Positions 29,155 through 37,731 of a DNA stretch of 64,000 nucleotides are shown piece after piece (the first letter of the stretch is position 1; each line of letters opens with the position of its first letter). The position numbers and the translations under genes are program-made. Location of the stretch: positions 14,146 through 78,145 of the forward strand of contig JANRKO010000082.1 of NCBI GenBank assembly GCA_033763455.1, written 5' to 3'. The notes beneath the pieces were generated by a model. It worked only from the letters and a program-made list of their open reading frames with translations, was not told the DNA's origin and did not search any database. Source of the stretch: Polyangiaceae bacterium (GTDB taxonomy: Bacteria; Myxococcota_A; Polyangia; Polyangiales; Polyangiaceae).

Positions 29155-31206
29155 ATGAAGCCACTTACCGGATCGTTTCTTCGTTCTTCTACCCTGCCCT
29201 ATGCACGCATTTTGGGCGTGCTGGGGTCGGTGTTGGTAGCCACCTCGGCCTGCCACCATACGCCCGTTCCTGAAACCTATGGCGGCAAAACGAAGGAGGT
29301 GGGTGCCGCCCAACAAAATAAACGCTCGAATGTTGCGAGTGCTGCGAATGCTACCAGTGCTACGAACGGTGAGAACAGTGCAAATGCCCCCCGCGACCGC
29401 GCACCTGAGACACCAGGGGCGAGCGGCCCTGTTTCCAACAAAGACTCGGAAAAAACCAAAGGAACGGAAACCACGGAGCTCGACGCGAACAAGGGATCGG
29501 CGGCACTTGCTCCACCAATACAGCCGAGCAAGCCTACTCCGATTGCGGCCGCCACTGCAGCACCAGCCAACGAATTGCAAGACGAGCTCAAGTCAGAGGA
29601 GTCCTCCGTAGGTGTGGCCTATGGAGCCGCAGGGCTTGGCCTTTCGGGTGTGGGCCAGGGTGGTGGCGGTCGGGTCATGGCCGCAAGGAAGATGGCATCG
29701 GTTGGGCATGGTCGTTTGCGTGGAGTGGCTCGGGCCTACAGCGTTGCGCCTGAACCTGAATTCAATACCGAAGGCTATGCGCATGTTCCTGATTCGAAAT
29801 TCCTTTCGGTGCGCGATCAACCGCTTTCAACGTTCGCAGCGGATGTGGACACGGCGTCGTACTCCAACGTGCGTCGCTTCCTAAATTCAGGGAGTTTGCC
29901 GCCGAAAGACGCCGTGCGTGCCGAAGAGCTGCTCAACTATTTCAGCTACGCGTATCCGGCGCCCGAAGCCGGGCAACCTTTCTCCGTGCACACCGAAGTG
30001 GCCAGTGCGCCCTGGAGCCCCAAGCACAGGCTGGTGCAGGTGGGCATCAAGACACCGGAGTTAAAGGGCGCCGGGGTACCGAAAGATCTCGTGTTTCTCA
30101 TAGACGTGTCGGGCTCCATGGAGTCCCCGGATAAGCTGCCACTCTTGAAACGTGGCATGGAGTTACTGGTGGATACGCTCTCCGCTCAAGATAGGGTAGC
30201 CATAGTGGTCTATGCTGGTAGCTCGGGCGTGGTATTGCCGCCGACTTCGGGCGCTTCCAAAGATGTGATTCGAACGGCATTGTCGCAGCTCGAAGCAGGT
30301 GGCTCTACCAACGGTGGCGAAGGGATAGAGCTAGCGTACAAGTTGGCACAGCAGAATTTTATCAAGGGGGGCATCAATCGGGTGATCTTGGCCACCGATG
30401 GGGACTTCAACGTGGGCACAACGAGCGAAGGTGCGCTCACGCGGTTGATTGAAGAAAAGCGCAAAAGTGGTGTGTTTTTGACGGTATTGGGCTTTGGTCA
30501 GGGGAACGTGAAAGATAGCACTATGGAGATGTTGGCCGACAAAGGCAACGGCAACTACGCGTACATCGATGACCTCGAAGAGGCCCGCAAAGTGCTGGTG
30601 CGGGAGGCCGGGGCTACGTTAACTACGGTAGCAAAGGATGTGAAATTTCAAGTTGAGTTTAACCCTGCGCGCGTCGCTGCCTATCGGTTGATTGGTTACG
30701 AAAATCGCAGGCTCACGGCGGAAGAGTTCAACGACGACAAGAAAGATGCTGGAGATATGGGTGCGGGGCACAGCGTAACGGCGCTGTACGAGGTGATTCC
30801 AGTGGGTGAAGCGGCCCCAGGCCCCAAGGTGGATCCCTTGAAGTACCAAGCTCCCACGGCTCCCGTTGCGTCCTCCGCTAGCGCAGAGCTGCTAACGCTC
30901 AAGATCCGGTATAAGAAGCCCGACGGGCAGAAGAGCGAGAAGCTTACGGTAACAACGCTGGATTCTGGCGCATCTTTTGAGCAAGCCTCCGCTGATTTTC
31001 GCTTTAGCTCTGGAGTGGCGGCTTTTGCTATGGTTTTGGGAGATTCTCAGTCACGAGGCTCGGCTACCTTGGCCATGGCGGAGGGCTTGGCGAAAGGCGC
31101 TCTTGGAGCTGACGTCCACCGAGATCGACGGAATTTTCTCGGTATGATCCAGAAGGCCAGAGTGCTGGCTAAGTCGAGCACAGCGCAGGTTCTCCGCACG
31201 GAGTGA
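29155..31206 (+). CDS. YfbK-like von Willebrand factor A lipoprotein
   Basis: GAGGAG RBS; lipobox SAC; STFAADVDTASY, MIDAS DVSGSM, RVILATDGDFNVG, YRLIGYENR. Confidence 0.9.
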   Translation: MKPLTGSFLRSSTLPYARILGVLGSVLVATSACHHTPVPETYGGKTKEVGAAQQNKRSNVASAANATSATNGENSANAPRDRAPETPGASGPVSNKDSEKTKGTETTELDANKGSAALAPPIQPSKPTPIAAATAAPANELQDELKSEESSVGVAYGAAGLGLSGVGQGGGGRVMAARKMASVGHGRLRGVARAYSVAPEPEFNTEGYAHVPDSKFLSVRDQPLSTFAADVDTASYSNVRRFLNSGSLPPKDAVRAEELLNYFSYAYPAPEAGQPFSVHTEVASAPWSPKHRLVQVGIKTPELKGAGVPKDLVFLIDVSGSMESPDKLPLLKRGMELLVDTLSAQDRVAIVVYAGSSGVVLPPTSGASKDVIRTALSQLEAGGSTNGGEGIELAYKLAQQNFIKGGINRVILATDGDFNVGTTSEGALTRLIEEKRKSGVFLTVLGFGQGNVKDSTMEMLADKGNGNYAYIDDLEEARKVLVREAGATLTTVAKDVKFQVEFNPARVAAYRLIGYENRRLTAEEFNDDKKDAGDMGAGHSVTALYEVIPVGEAAPGPKVDPLKYQAPTAPVASSASAELLTLKIRYKKPDGQKSEKLTVTTLDSGASFEQASADFRFSSGVAAFAMVLGDSQSRGSATLAMAEGLAKGALGADVHRDRRNFLGMIQKARVLAKSSTAQVLRTE

Positions 31207-31231
31207 GCCCGGCGAGAGACAAAAAGTAGAG

Positions 31232-32515
31232 CTACTTGCAGAGCCAGGTGGGTGGGATGGATTCAGACACAAGATCGGCCACGCTGAAGGAGGTGAAGCC
31301 TTGTTCCCGGGCCACCTCCTCGGCAAATGCTGAGTGCCCGAAGCTGCGAGCGATAACGTACGCCTTGGGAAGCTTGGCCGTGATCCAGAGGGCAGTATGC
31401 AGGTTCGCACCATCATCACTGGAGCTGAGGAGAATGAGGGGAGCCTGGCCAGCAGATGCTAAAAGCTCACTCCAAACTTCAGGATCCCTGAGGTCGCCGT
31501 TGATAACTACGTGGCTGTACTTGTCGGAGAAGCCCACCTCTGCGTCGAACGTCATGGCGTGGCGTTTGGCGGTAAGGTCAACGATGATCACGCGGTCGAA
31601 TTCGCCCGGCATGGTCTTCTGGAGCTCATCCAGGACCGTCTGCCCAAAGCGTCCAAATCCAGCCAAAACGACCGTGTCGTAGTGCTCGGTGCGCTGAAAA
31701 TGTCGGAGTACGTCGGTGTGCACAAGGTGAGAGGCTGCGAGCTGATGGGTATTGAAAACCTCGCACTCTTGGCCCACACGGGTTCTTGCGACAGCGCGCA
31801 TGAAGGCGAGGTCGCTCACATGGAGCAGGATTTTCCGGCCCAGCTTTGGGTAAAGGTGAATGATTTTGGAGGCCGCGTTGAGGTTCGTAAAGTCATCACC
31901 GGTGAGAAGCAAGATGCGCTCGGCATGTTCAAGATTGAGTGTGGTGAGCAAAGCATCTGTCGCGATATTGCCCACCACGACTCGGGCGCCAAATGCTTCA
32001 GCGAAAAGGTCGAAGTTAGGGTGATCGGCTTTTAGCTCCACCACCACCACGGGCAGCTCGACACCTTCGGCGCGCAGGCGCTTCAGGTAAACCATCGAAA
32101 GCTCGCCGGTCCCCGCGATCACAATGTGCCCTTCAAGACGCTTCAGGCTCCAGGCATTCGGATCCACGAGCCTGATAATCCCTTCGATGACGGCACCCGC
32201 GGTGATTGCCGGCGCGGCAAAGTAGGCGAACCACAGTAGCGCTTGCGCCCACTTGGGGCCGCCATTTGGCACACCGAGATCCATCCCACCCAAAACAAAC
32301 AAACCGATGGTGTAATAGACTTTGGCCACCAACGGCGTGCTCTGACCGAGGTAAGGGCGGTCGCTCACGGTAGCGCCTGCCGTGAACGCCAGTAAGCCGG
32401 CAGCGAACACCAACGCAAGCACGAGTGCGCGCCACCAGAAGCGACGCCACGCCTTTTTCGTGGTGCGCGCTGACACCAACTGAGTCGGCATGAGGGTGCG
32501 GCGCACAGGAGCCAT
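31232..32515 (-). CDS. Membrane protein with two TrkA-N/RCK (NAD-binding) domains
   Basis: Two TM helices; HIVIAGTGELS and VVLAGFGRFG Rossmann motifs; DD..NL helices. Confidence 0.7.
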   Translation of the reverse strand: MAPVRRTLMPTQLVSARTTKKAWRRFWWRALVLALVFAAGLLAFTAGATVSDRPYLGQSTPLVAKVYYTIGLFVLGGMDLGVPNGGPKWAQALLWFAYFAAPAITAGAVIEGIIRLVDPNAWSLKRLEGHIVIAGTGELSMVYLKRLRAEGVELPVVVVELKADHPNFDLFAEAFGARVVVGNIATDALLTTLNLEHAERILLLTGDDFTNLNAASKIIHLYPKLGRKILLHVSDLAFMRAVARTRVGQECEVFNTHQLAASHLVHTDVLRHFQRTEHYDTVVLAGFGRFGQTVLDELQKTMPGEFDRVIIVDLTAKRHAMTFDAEVGFSDKYSHVVINGDLRDPEVWSELLASAGQAPLILLSSSDDGANLHTALWITAKLPKAYVIARSFGHSAFAEEVAREQGFTSFSVADLVSESIPPTWLCK

Positions 32516-32523
32516 CTGGGTAG

Positions 32524-34239
32524 CTAGATTACGGACAAATCGTACAGCGCATCATAGCCTTTGACGGTGGCTTCCCAGGAAAAGCTCCGAGCCTTGGCCG
32601 CGACCCGGGACAACATGCCTCCGTAAACCTTCTCGTCCTGGAATGCGTGGGTGGCACTTTCGAGGCGCGCCGAGAGGGCTTGGACCATCTTTTGGTAGAT
32701 CGGCACCGTCTGGCGGCCACGAGGAAACTTAGTGATGTGTACTTGCTTCAGTTCCAGCTCGGGGGATGCGCTCAGGGCTTCCCTAAATAGTAGGCCCGTG
32801 GACCGCTCGGGCGCCTCGTCGAGGTCTACCACCTGCGCGATGAGGCCACCCGTGGCCCGCGCGATTACGGGCGTACCTGCAAAATAAGCCTCGCTTGCCC
32901 CGCCAAAAGGCTCGAAGAGAGAAGGGAACACTGAGAACGACGACCCTTCCAAGATCTCTTGGTAACCTGCGTTCATCCTAAACGGGAATACCAGCACATC
33001 CCCCGCGCGGTATGCGGCGACCTCTCGAAAATCTTCAATGTAGCTCTCGGGGGCGCCACTCGTATTGGGTGTTAATATAAACTTGGCAGAACCTTTGGGC
33101 CAGGCTTCGATGGCTCTGAGCAGAATGTCAAAGCCTTTCTGGCCGGGATCGAGCCTGCCGAACATGCAGAAGATCGGCACGCGCGGATCCAGTGCGGAAA
33201 GGGGCGCATCTTCGCCTGCCGTGAGCTCACCAAATTGGCGAGGGTCGCGAAAGCCTTCAAGCCAGCTAAGGAGCTTCTTCCGCTTCTCTGCCTTTTCAGC
33301 GAGGATCCTTTGCGGCAGGCCGCGCTCAGCCGTGCGCATGGCACTTGCGGAAAATGGCTCGGCATCGCGCCCGAAGAAACCGTTCGGAACTCCTACCACA
33401 GGCATCTGCCGGAGCTGCTTTTGGAGATGTGGTGCAAACACGGCGGTTTGCAGGGGATCGTGCGTGAGATCTTGGGCAAATTCACGGCTGACGGTTGAGA
33501 GCGGCCCGTAAAGCAACGGTAGCATGATGCCGAGCACTGTATCCGGAGCTCCTTCGCTCTCGAACGCACGCTCAGTGATCAAAGATAACTCGGTGGTTAG
33601 CCCGTGGTCGTAGGAATTGTGCAAGGTAAGGACTACGGACGCGCTCTTTAGAATACGGGCCAACAGTGCTTCCCGCACGGTGAGAGCTGCGGAGGCCACC
33701 TCCCAATCTTGGGCGTGCACAATCACATTCTCCTGGTGCCCGAGCGCACGGAGGGCCCTTGGCAGTGCCTGGCAGAAGAACAAGCTATCTAGAAGGAGCT
33801 TTCCGGGTTGGTCGTGCGCGTAGGGATTCGTTCCATCGTCGCCGCCTCGTGCGTCAAAGAAGCCTTCGGCGGAGAGCAAGTACCAGGTAACACCGTTTGC
33901 CTCCACGTGTTCAAGTAGGTCCGCTTGGAGGGTGCTCTGGCCAAAGGGAACGTCGAAGGTAAGCGCAACGGGAAGCTTCGGCGCGCCCTTGAGGCTTCGA
34001 TGATACGGCGAGAAGGCGACCACCGACACGTGGTGGTTGAGCTCGCCGGTCGCGTTGAGCGCCACGGGAAAGATCCCGCCGGCTCGGCCGAAGCGGTTTT
34101 CATACACGCTGTAGGCAACGGTGCGGGGCGTCGCGATGCCCGGCTGGGAGCGATGGAAGGCTAGAAATTCTCGCTCCTCCGCGTTGAAGAGGCTGCGTGA
34201 TGGGTCTCCGGCGGCCAGGTAATCGCGTAGGCGAAGCAA
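32524..34239 (-). CDS. Divergent glycogen/starch synthase-like glycosyltransferase (GT5)
   Basis: VHAQDW, LTLHN, STVS, FGRLDPGQKGFD, PSLFEPFG, TGGL. Confidence 0.8.
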   Translation of the reverse strand: MLRLRDYLAAGDPSRSLFNAEEREFLAFHRSQPGIATPRTVAYSVYENRFGRAGGIFPVALNATGELNHHVSVVAFSPYHRSLKGAPKLPVALTFDVPFGQSTLQADLLEHVEANGVTWYLLSAEGFFDARGGDDGTNPYAHDQPGKLLLDSLFFCQALPRALRALGHQENVIVHAQDWEVASAALTVREALLARILKSASVVLTLHNSYDHGLTTELSLITERAFESEGAPDTVLGIMLPLLYGPLSTVSREFAQDLTHDPLQTAVFAPHLQKQLRQMPVVGVPNGFFGRDAEPFSASAMRTAERGLPQRILAEKAEKRKKLLSWLEGFRDPRQFGELTAGEDAPLSALDPRVPIFCMFGRLDPGQKGFDILLRAIEAWPKGSAKFILTPNTSGAPESYIEDFREVAAYRAGDVLVFPFRMNAGYQEILEGSSFSVFPSLFEPFGGASEAYFAGTPVIARATGGLIAQVVDLDEAPERSTGLLFREALSASPELELKQVHITKFPRGRQTVPIYQKMVQALSARLESATHAFQDEKVYGGMLSRVAAKARSFSWEATVKGYDALYDLSVI

Positions 34240-34312
34240 GGTGCTTCGGTCCTATCCCTGAGGGGCATGCCAGTAAATCCAAATCTTACGCTGCGCGCGG
34301 AGAGCCGGCGAT

Positions 34313-35512
34313 TTACATGCAGTTTTGTCGACTGACGATCCATGCGTCGATGAGCTCGACACCCACTGGATCCACGAGCGCTGAAGCGATAGGGGGCATG
34401 CGGTAGGCACCCGGCAAAGCATGCATGCGCAGGCTTAGGATCGACAGCGTCGGTTTTTGCGGTACCAGCACGAGCGCCCCCGGCACCCCCAAGGTTCCAC
34501 CGTGTGCGTGGGGTTCCGCGTTGCAAAGGCCCGTCTTCGGGAACTCCGTTGTGAACCTGAGATCGAGTGAGTCGAAGCGGCCCCCGGGGGTGTGGCAAAC
34601 GGCGCAGTTGGCGTGCAGATAGCTGCGCGCTCGGGCCTCAAGCGGTGCCTGGGTATTGCTGGGATTCGGGTACGGCGTGGGGCGTGAGGGAAGCGGCCAG
34701 GTTTGAAAGGCAGCGTGGCGTGCCAACACCTCTAGTTGATTTTCAATATGGCCGGTTGCATAGGTAAAGCCGCGATCCAGCTGAGCCGTTTCTAGGCCCA
34801 AGCTCACGCCCGCGGGCTCGGTGTGGCACTGAAAACACTCTGAGCGTGAAGGAAAGTGCCAGATTTGATTTCCCGCTGGTGTCGGGAACGAACGATCGAC
34901 GCCCACGAGCGCATCGGGAAGAACTTCTGCGTCGGTCTGCTCCGCATTCCACGCGTAGCTGTAGCCCGCCCACGAGGTTTCCCCAAAACGCATGAGCAGC
35001 CGGGTTTCGATCAAACGCCCAGCGAGCTCGAACGTTTTCATCAGCACGGTGCCAACGGGCAGTTCCCAATCCCCATCCACGCTCGGCTTACCGGTACCGG
35101 GTGCACACGCATTTGGCGTTTTTTTGCAATCTTTGACGCGGATTTTGGCGTTTTCAGGCAACGCGATGAAGCGACCTTTCGTGGCTCCATCCGACCACAG
35201 TGGGCTGTTGACGTCGTAGGGGATGAGGCTGGGGGCCGCGGCTTTCGGGTTCTTGGGATCGACGCAGCCGGTTTGGCTGAGCTTCGCGCTCGGTGACCGA
35301 ACGTTCATGAACAGCTTGCAGGTTTGTGCCGGGAGCTTGCGCGTTGGATCGTAAGCGACACTGGCTTTGGCCGCTTGAATTGGTGGTCCTGGGGATGCCT
35401 CGCGAGCCTTGGAACAAGCTATAGGAGCTACGGCCAGAAGTAACCGAGCGAAGCCCAGTTTCCATTTCGGGTCGGTCGTGAGGCTGAGGTGCGATGTCAC
35501 TCGCGGCAGCAT
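34313..35512 (-). CDS. Di-haem c-type cytochrome lipoprotein (SO2930-like)
   Basis: Lipobox IAC; YDVNSPLWSDGATK, IETRLL, CFQCH, RARSYLHANCAVCH, RMPP. Confidence 0.75.
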   Translation of the reverse strand: MLPRVTSHLSLTTDPKWKLGFARLLLAVAPIACSKAREASPGPPIQAAKASVAYDPTRKLPAQTCKLFMNVRSPSAKLSQTGCVDPKNPKAAAPSLIPYDVNSPLWSDGATKGRFIALPENAKIRVKDCKKTPNACAPGTGKPSVDGDWELPVGTVLMKTFELAGRLIETRLLMRFGETSWAGYSYAWNAEQTDAEVLPDALVGVDRSFPTPAGNQIWHFPSRSECFQCHTEPAGVSLGLETAQLDRGFTYATGHIENQLEVLARHAAFQTWPLPSRPTPYPNPSNTQAPLEARARSYLHANCAVCHTPGGRFDSLDLRFTTEFPKTGLCNAEPHAHGGTLGVPGALVLVPQKPTLSILSLRMHALPGAYRMPPIASALVDPVGVELIDAWIVSRQNCM

Positions 35513-35518
35513 GGCGCG

Positions 35519-35530
35519 AATGCTAGCATT
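35519..35530. promoter_or_regulatory. Palindromic bidirectional extended -10 element
   Basis: AATGCTAGCATT gives TGcTAGCAT on both strands, in the 34-bp gap between two divergent genes. Confidence 0.55.
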
Positions 35531-35546
35531 GCATCCGCTTACCTCT

Positions 35547-37055
35547 ATGCCTCAAACACGCGTTACTCGTTCTTTGCTGTTTTATCCTGCGTTCGTGTTG
35601 GCCCTGGGTGTGGTCGTTGCTTGGCCGTGTGCGGCAAGTGCGCAAATCGAACCGGGCGACCCAGCGGCTCATTTGGAAGCCGCAGTGTTCATGGCGGGCT
35701 TGGATGGGCCGACCGACATCGCTGTGCTGGGGGATGGGCGTTCGGTGGTGGTGGAGCGTGGTGGTGCCATTCTCTTGGTTGGCCACAAGGAGGGCTGGCT
35801 CGACAAGGAGGCTGGAAAGATTGTGGTGCGCCCTGAGGATACCGAACAGGGGCTACTGGGCGTTGTGGCCCATCCAGACTTCGCTCAGAACAGCACCCTC
35901 TACTTCTACGCGTCTGTCGATTCCAACGCTGCCAACAAGAACAAGGTTCTGAAGGGGGTTCTCGGCATAGACGGCAAGGTCGTGGTAGATGTCGAGCATC
36001 CGGTTATCGACAAAGGCCTCGAAGGTCCACGCAATCACAACGGAGGGGGCCTGTTTATCCACAAGCGCCAGCTTTACATCTCGGTGGGTGATACGGGTTA
36101 CAACCCCGAGTATAACGCCCCAGGGAGCCTCGCGATCCCAATCAATAAGTACGCGAGCTGCTTGAACAAGGCCAATGGGAGCATTTTACGCATCAATCTG
36201 GACGGCAGCATTCCGGACGACAATCCGCTGGTACAAGAGAAAGTGGTTACCGGTTGCGATCGCCCGAACCCTCCGCCGAACACGCCTGCGGATAAACGCT
36301 TCAACAAGCCGTTCAAAGATTCCCGAACGCCCGACAAGCGCATTTACGCCTGGGGTGTGCGCAACGGGTGGCGTTTTTGGATAGATCCAAAGACGGATTT
36401 GCTCTGGATTGGGGACGTTGGGGAGTTTCAGGAAGAGGAAATCTCGGTTGGCGGCAAGGGCACGCACTTTGGGTTTCCCTTCATGGAGGGCATGCACCGC
36501 TATCCGGAGCGAAAAGGCTGGCGCATCAACGATTGCACCGCCATGAAGCCCTCGCGGCCGTGCACTCTACCCGTGTTCTCTTACCCGAACCGTGCGGATC
36601 GCGCGACGAAGAAGGGTGAAGATAGCGTCGTGGTGGGTGGGCTCATCATCGACGATGAACGTTGGCCAACCGGCTACCGTGGGCACTATTTCTTTGGGGA
36701 TTTCGAGAGTGGTCGGATTTGGACGTTGGCTGTGTCTGCGGACCGCAAAAGCGTGGATCCTGCTTCGTTGCGGCAGATAGCTAGAGTGCCCTACCTATCT
36801 GGCTTTCGCCTTGGCCCGGATGGCGGTCTTTACGTGGTGAGCTTCGGGGGGAACAACGTGGTGCGCATTTCTCCGAAGGTTCCGGTTGTGCCCCCACCGA
36901 AGCCTGCTGTTGCCACGCCCAAAGTTGAAGAACCCGTGGATAGGGCTGGTTATGCGAAGGAGCCGTCGTGGGGCCAAAAAGCATTCCTAGCTTTGGGGGG
37001 CTCGGCCCTTCTCGCGCTTGGGCTAGCGCTGTGGCGGCGCCGAACCAAGCGGTAG
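35547..37055 (+). CDS. PQQ-dependent glucose/sorbosone dehydrogenase-family protein with C-terminal membrane anchor
   Basis: EQGLLGVVAHPDF, NHNGG, LYISVGD, YAWGVRNGWR, LWIGDVG; C-terminal TM followed by RRR. Start uncertain (35511-35547). Confidence 0.85.
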   Translation: MPQTRVTRSLLFYPAFVLALGVVVAWPCAASAQIEPGDPAAHLEAAVFMAGLDGPTDIAVLGDGRSVVVERGGAILLVGHKEGWLDKEAGKIVVRPEDTEQGLLGVVAHPDFAQNSTLYFYASVDSNAANKNKVLKGVLGIDGKVVVDVEHPVIDKGLEGPRNHNGGGLFIHKRQLYISVGDTGYNPEYNAPGSLAIPINKYASCLNKANGSILRINLDGSIPDDNPLVQEKVVTGCDRPNPPPNTPADKRFNKPFKDSRTPDKRIYAWGVRNGWRFWIDPKTDLLWIGDVGEFQEEEISVGGKGTHFGFPFMEGMHRYPERKGWRINDCTAMKPSRPCTLPVFSYPNRADRATKKGEDSVVVGGLIIDDERWPTGYRGHYFFGDFESGRIWTLAVSADRKSVDPASLRQIARVPYLSGFRLGPDGGLYVVSFGGNNVVRISPKVPVVPPPKPAVATPKVEEPVDRAGYAKEPSWGQKAFLALGGSALLALGLALWRRRTKR

Positions 37056-37062
37056 GCTAGTG

Positions 37063-37731
37063 CTAACTCTGAGGCTGGAGCGGTTGGCGTGCCGAGGCGC
37101 TCATTTGGCGGAAATGATGCATTACCTGTGGGCGACCGAGATAGACTAACACGAAAATAGCGAACGCGAGGTTGAAGGCCGTAAATCCAAATGTCCACGC
37201 GTAACCGAATATTTTCATGACCACTAGGCTAGCGTCCACGACGTGTTCCGCACTGTGGTTCAGATCGGCCGCTGGTTTCAGCACTCCACCCATGAGGTTC
37301 ACGGTCTCAAGTTGGATCCTCACGGTTGGATAGACGGCGAGGAGCACTCGCAAGATGCTGACAGCTGCTCCCCATTTCTGGAGTCGAGGGCCCGCCTCGC
37401 GCCAACCCAGAGTCCAAAGGCTTCCCAGGGCAAAGGTTGCACATTGTATCAACCCAAGTACGGCCACGGGCACAAGCCACGGCCACAAGGTGCGCGGGAA
37501 GTTGACCGCTCGGTCCATCATGTCCTGCATACGCGCGAGGGAAACGCCCGGAGATTGCGGGAACTCTACTTTGCGGCCCACAAGCTCTCCGACGACGCTT
37601 ACGCTTCCGACGAGCCCAATCAACGCAAAAACAAATCCAAGAATACAGAGCACTAAAAGTGCGTGCGGGCGCGTGCCTTGCGCTGCTCGGCTACGAATGC
37701 TCTGCGGATAACCAGGCACCTGTTGCTTCAC
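37063..37731 (-). CDS. Hypothetical four-TM membrane protein
   Basis: Four hydrophobic segments; start overlaps the stop of the ABC-F gene. Confidence 0.6.
   Translation of the reverse strand: MKQQVPGYPQSIRSRAAQGTRPHALLVLCILGFVFALIGLVGSVSVVGELVGRKVEFPQSPGVSLARMQDMMDRAVNFPRTLWPWLVPVAVLGLIQCATFALGSLWTLGWREAGPRLQKWGAAVSILRVLLAVYPTVRIQLETVNLMGGVLKPAADLNHSAEHVVDASLVVMKIFGYAWTFGFTAFNLAFAIFVLVYLGRPQVMHHFRQMSASARQPLQPQS

Noticed and set aside
36960..37055. MYXO-CTERM sorting signal on the PQQ dehydrogenase
   Set aside because: TM and RRR are present but the characteristic GC/Cys motif is missing; treated as a plain C-terminal anchor.
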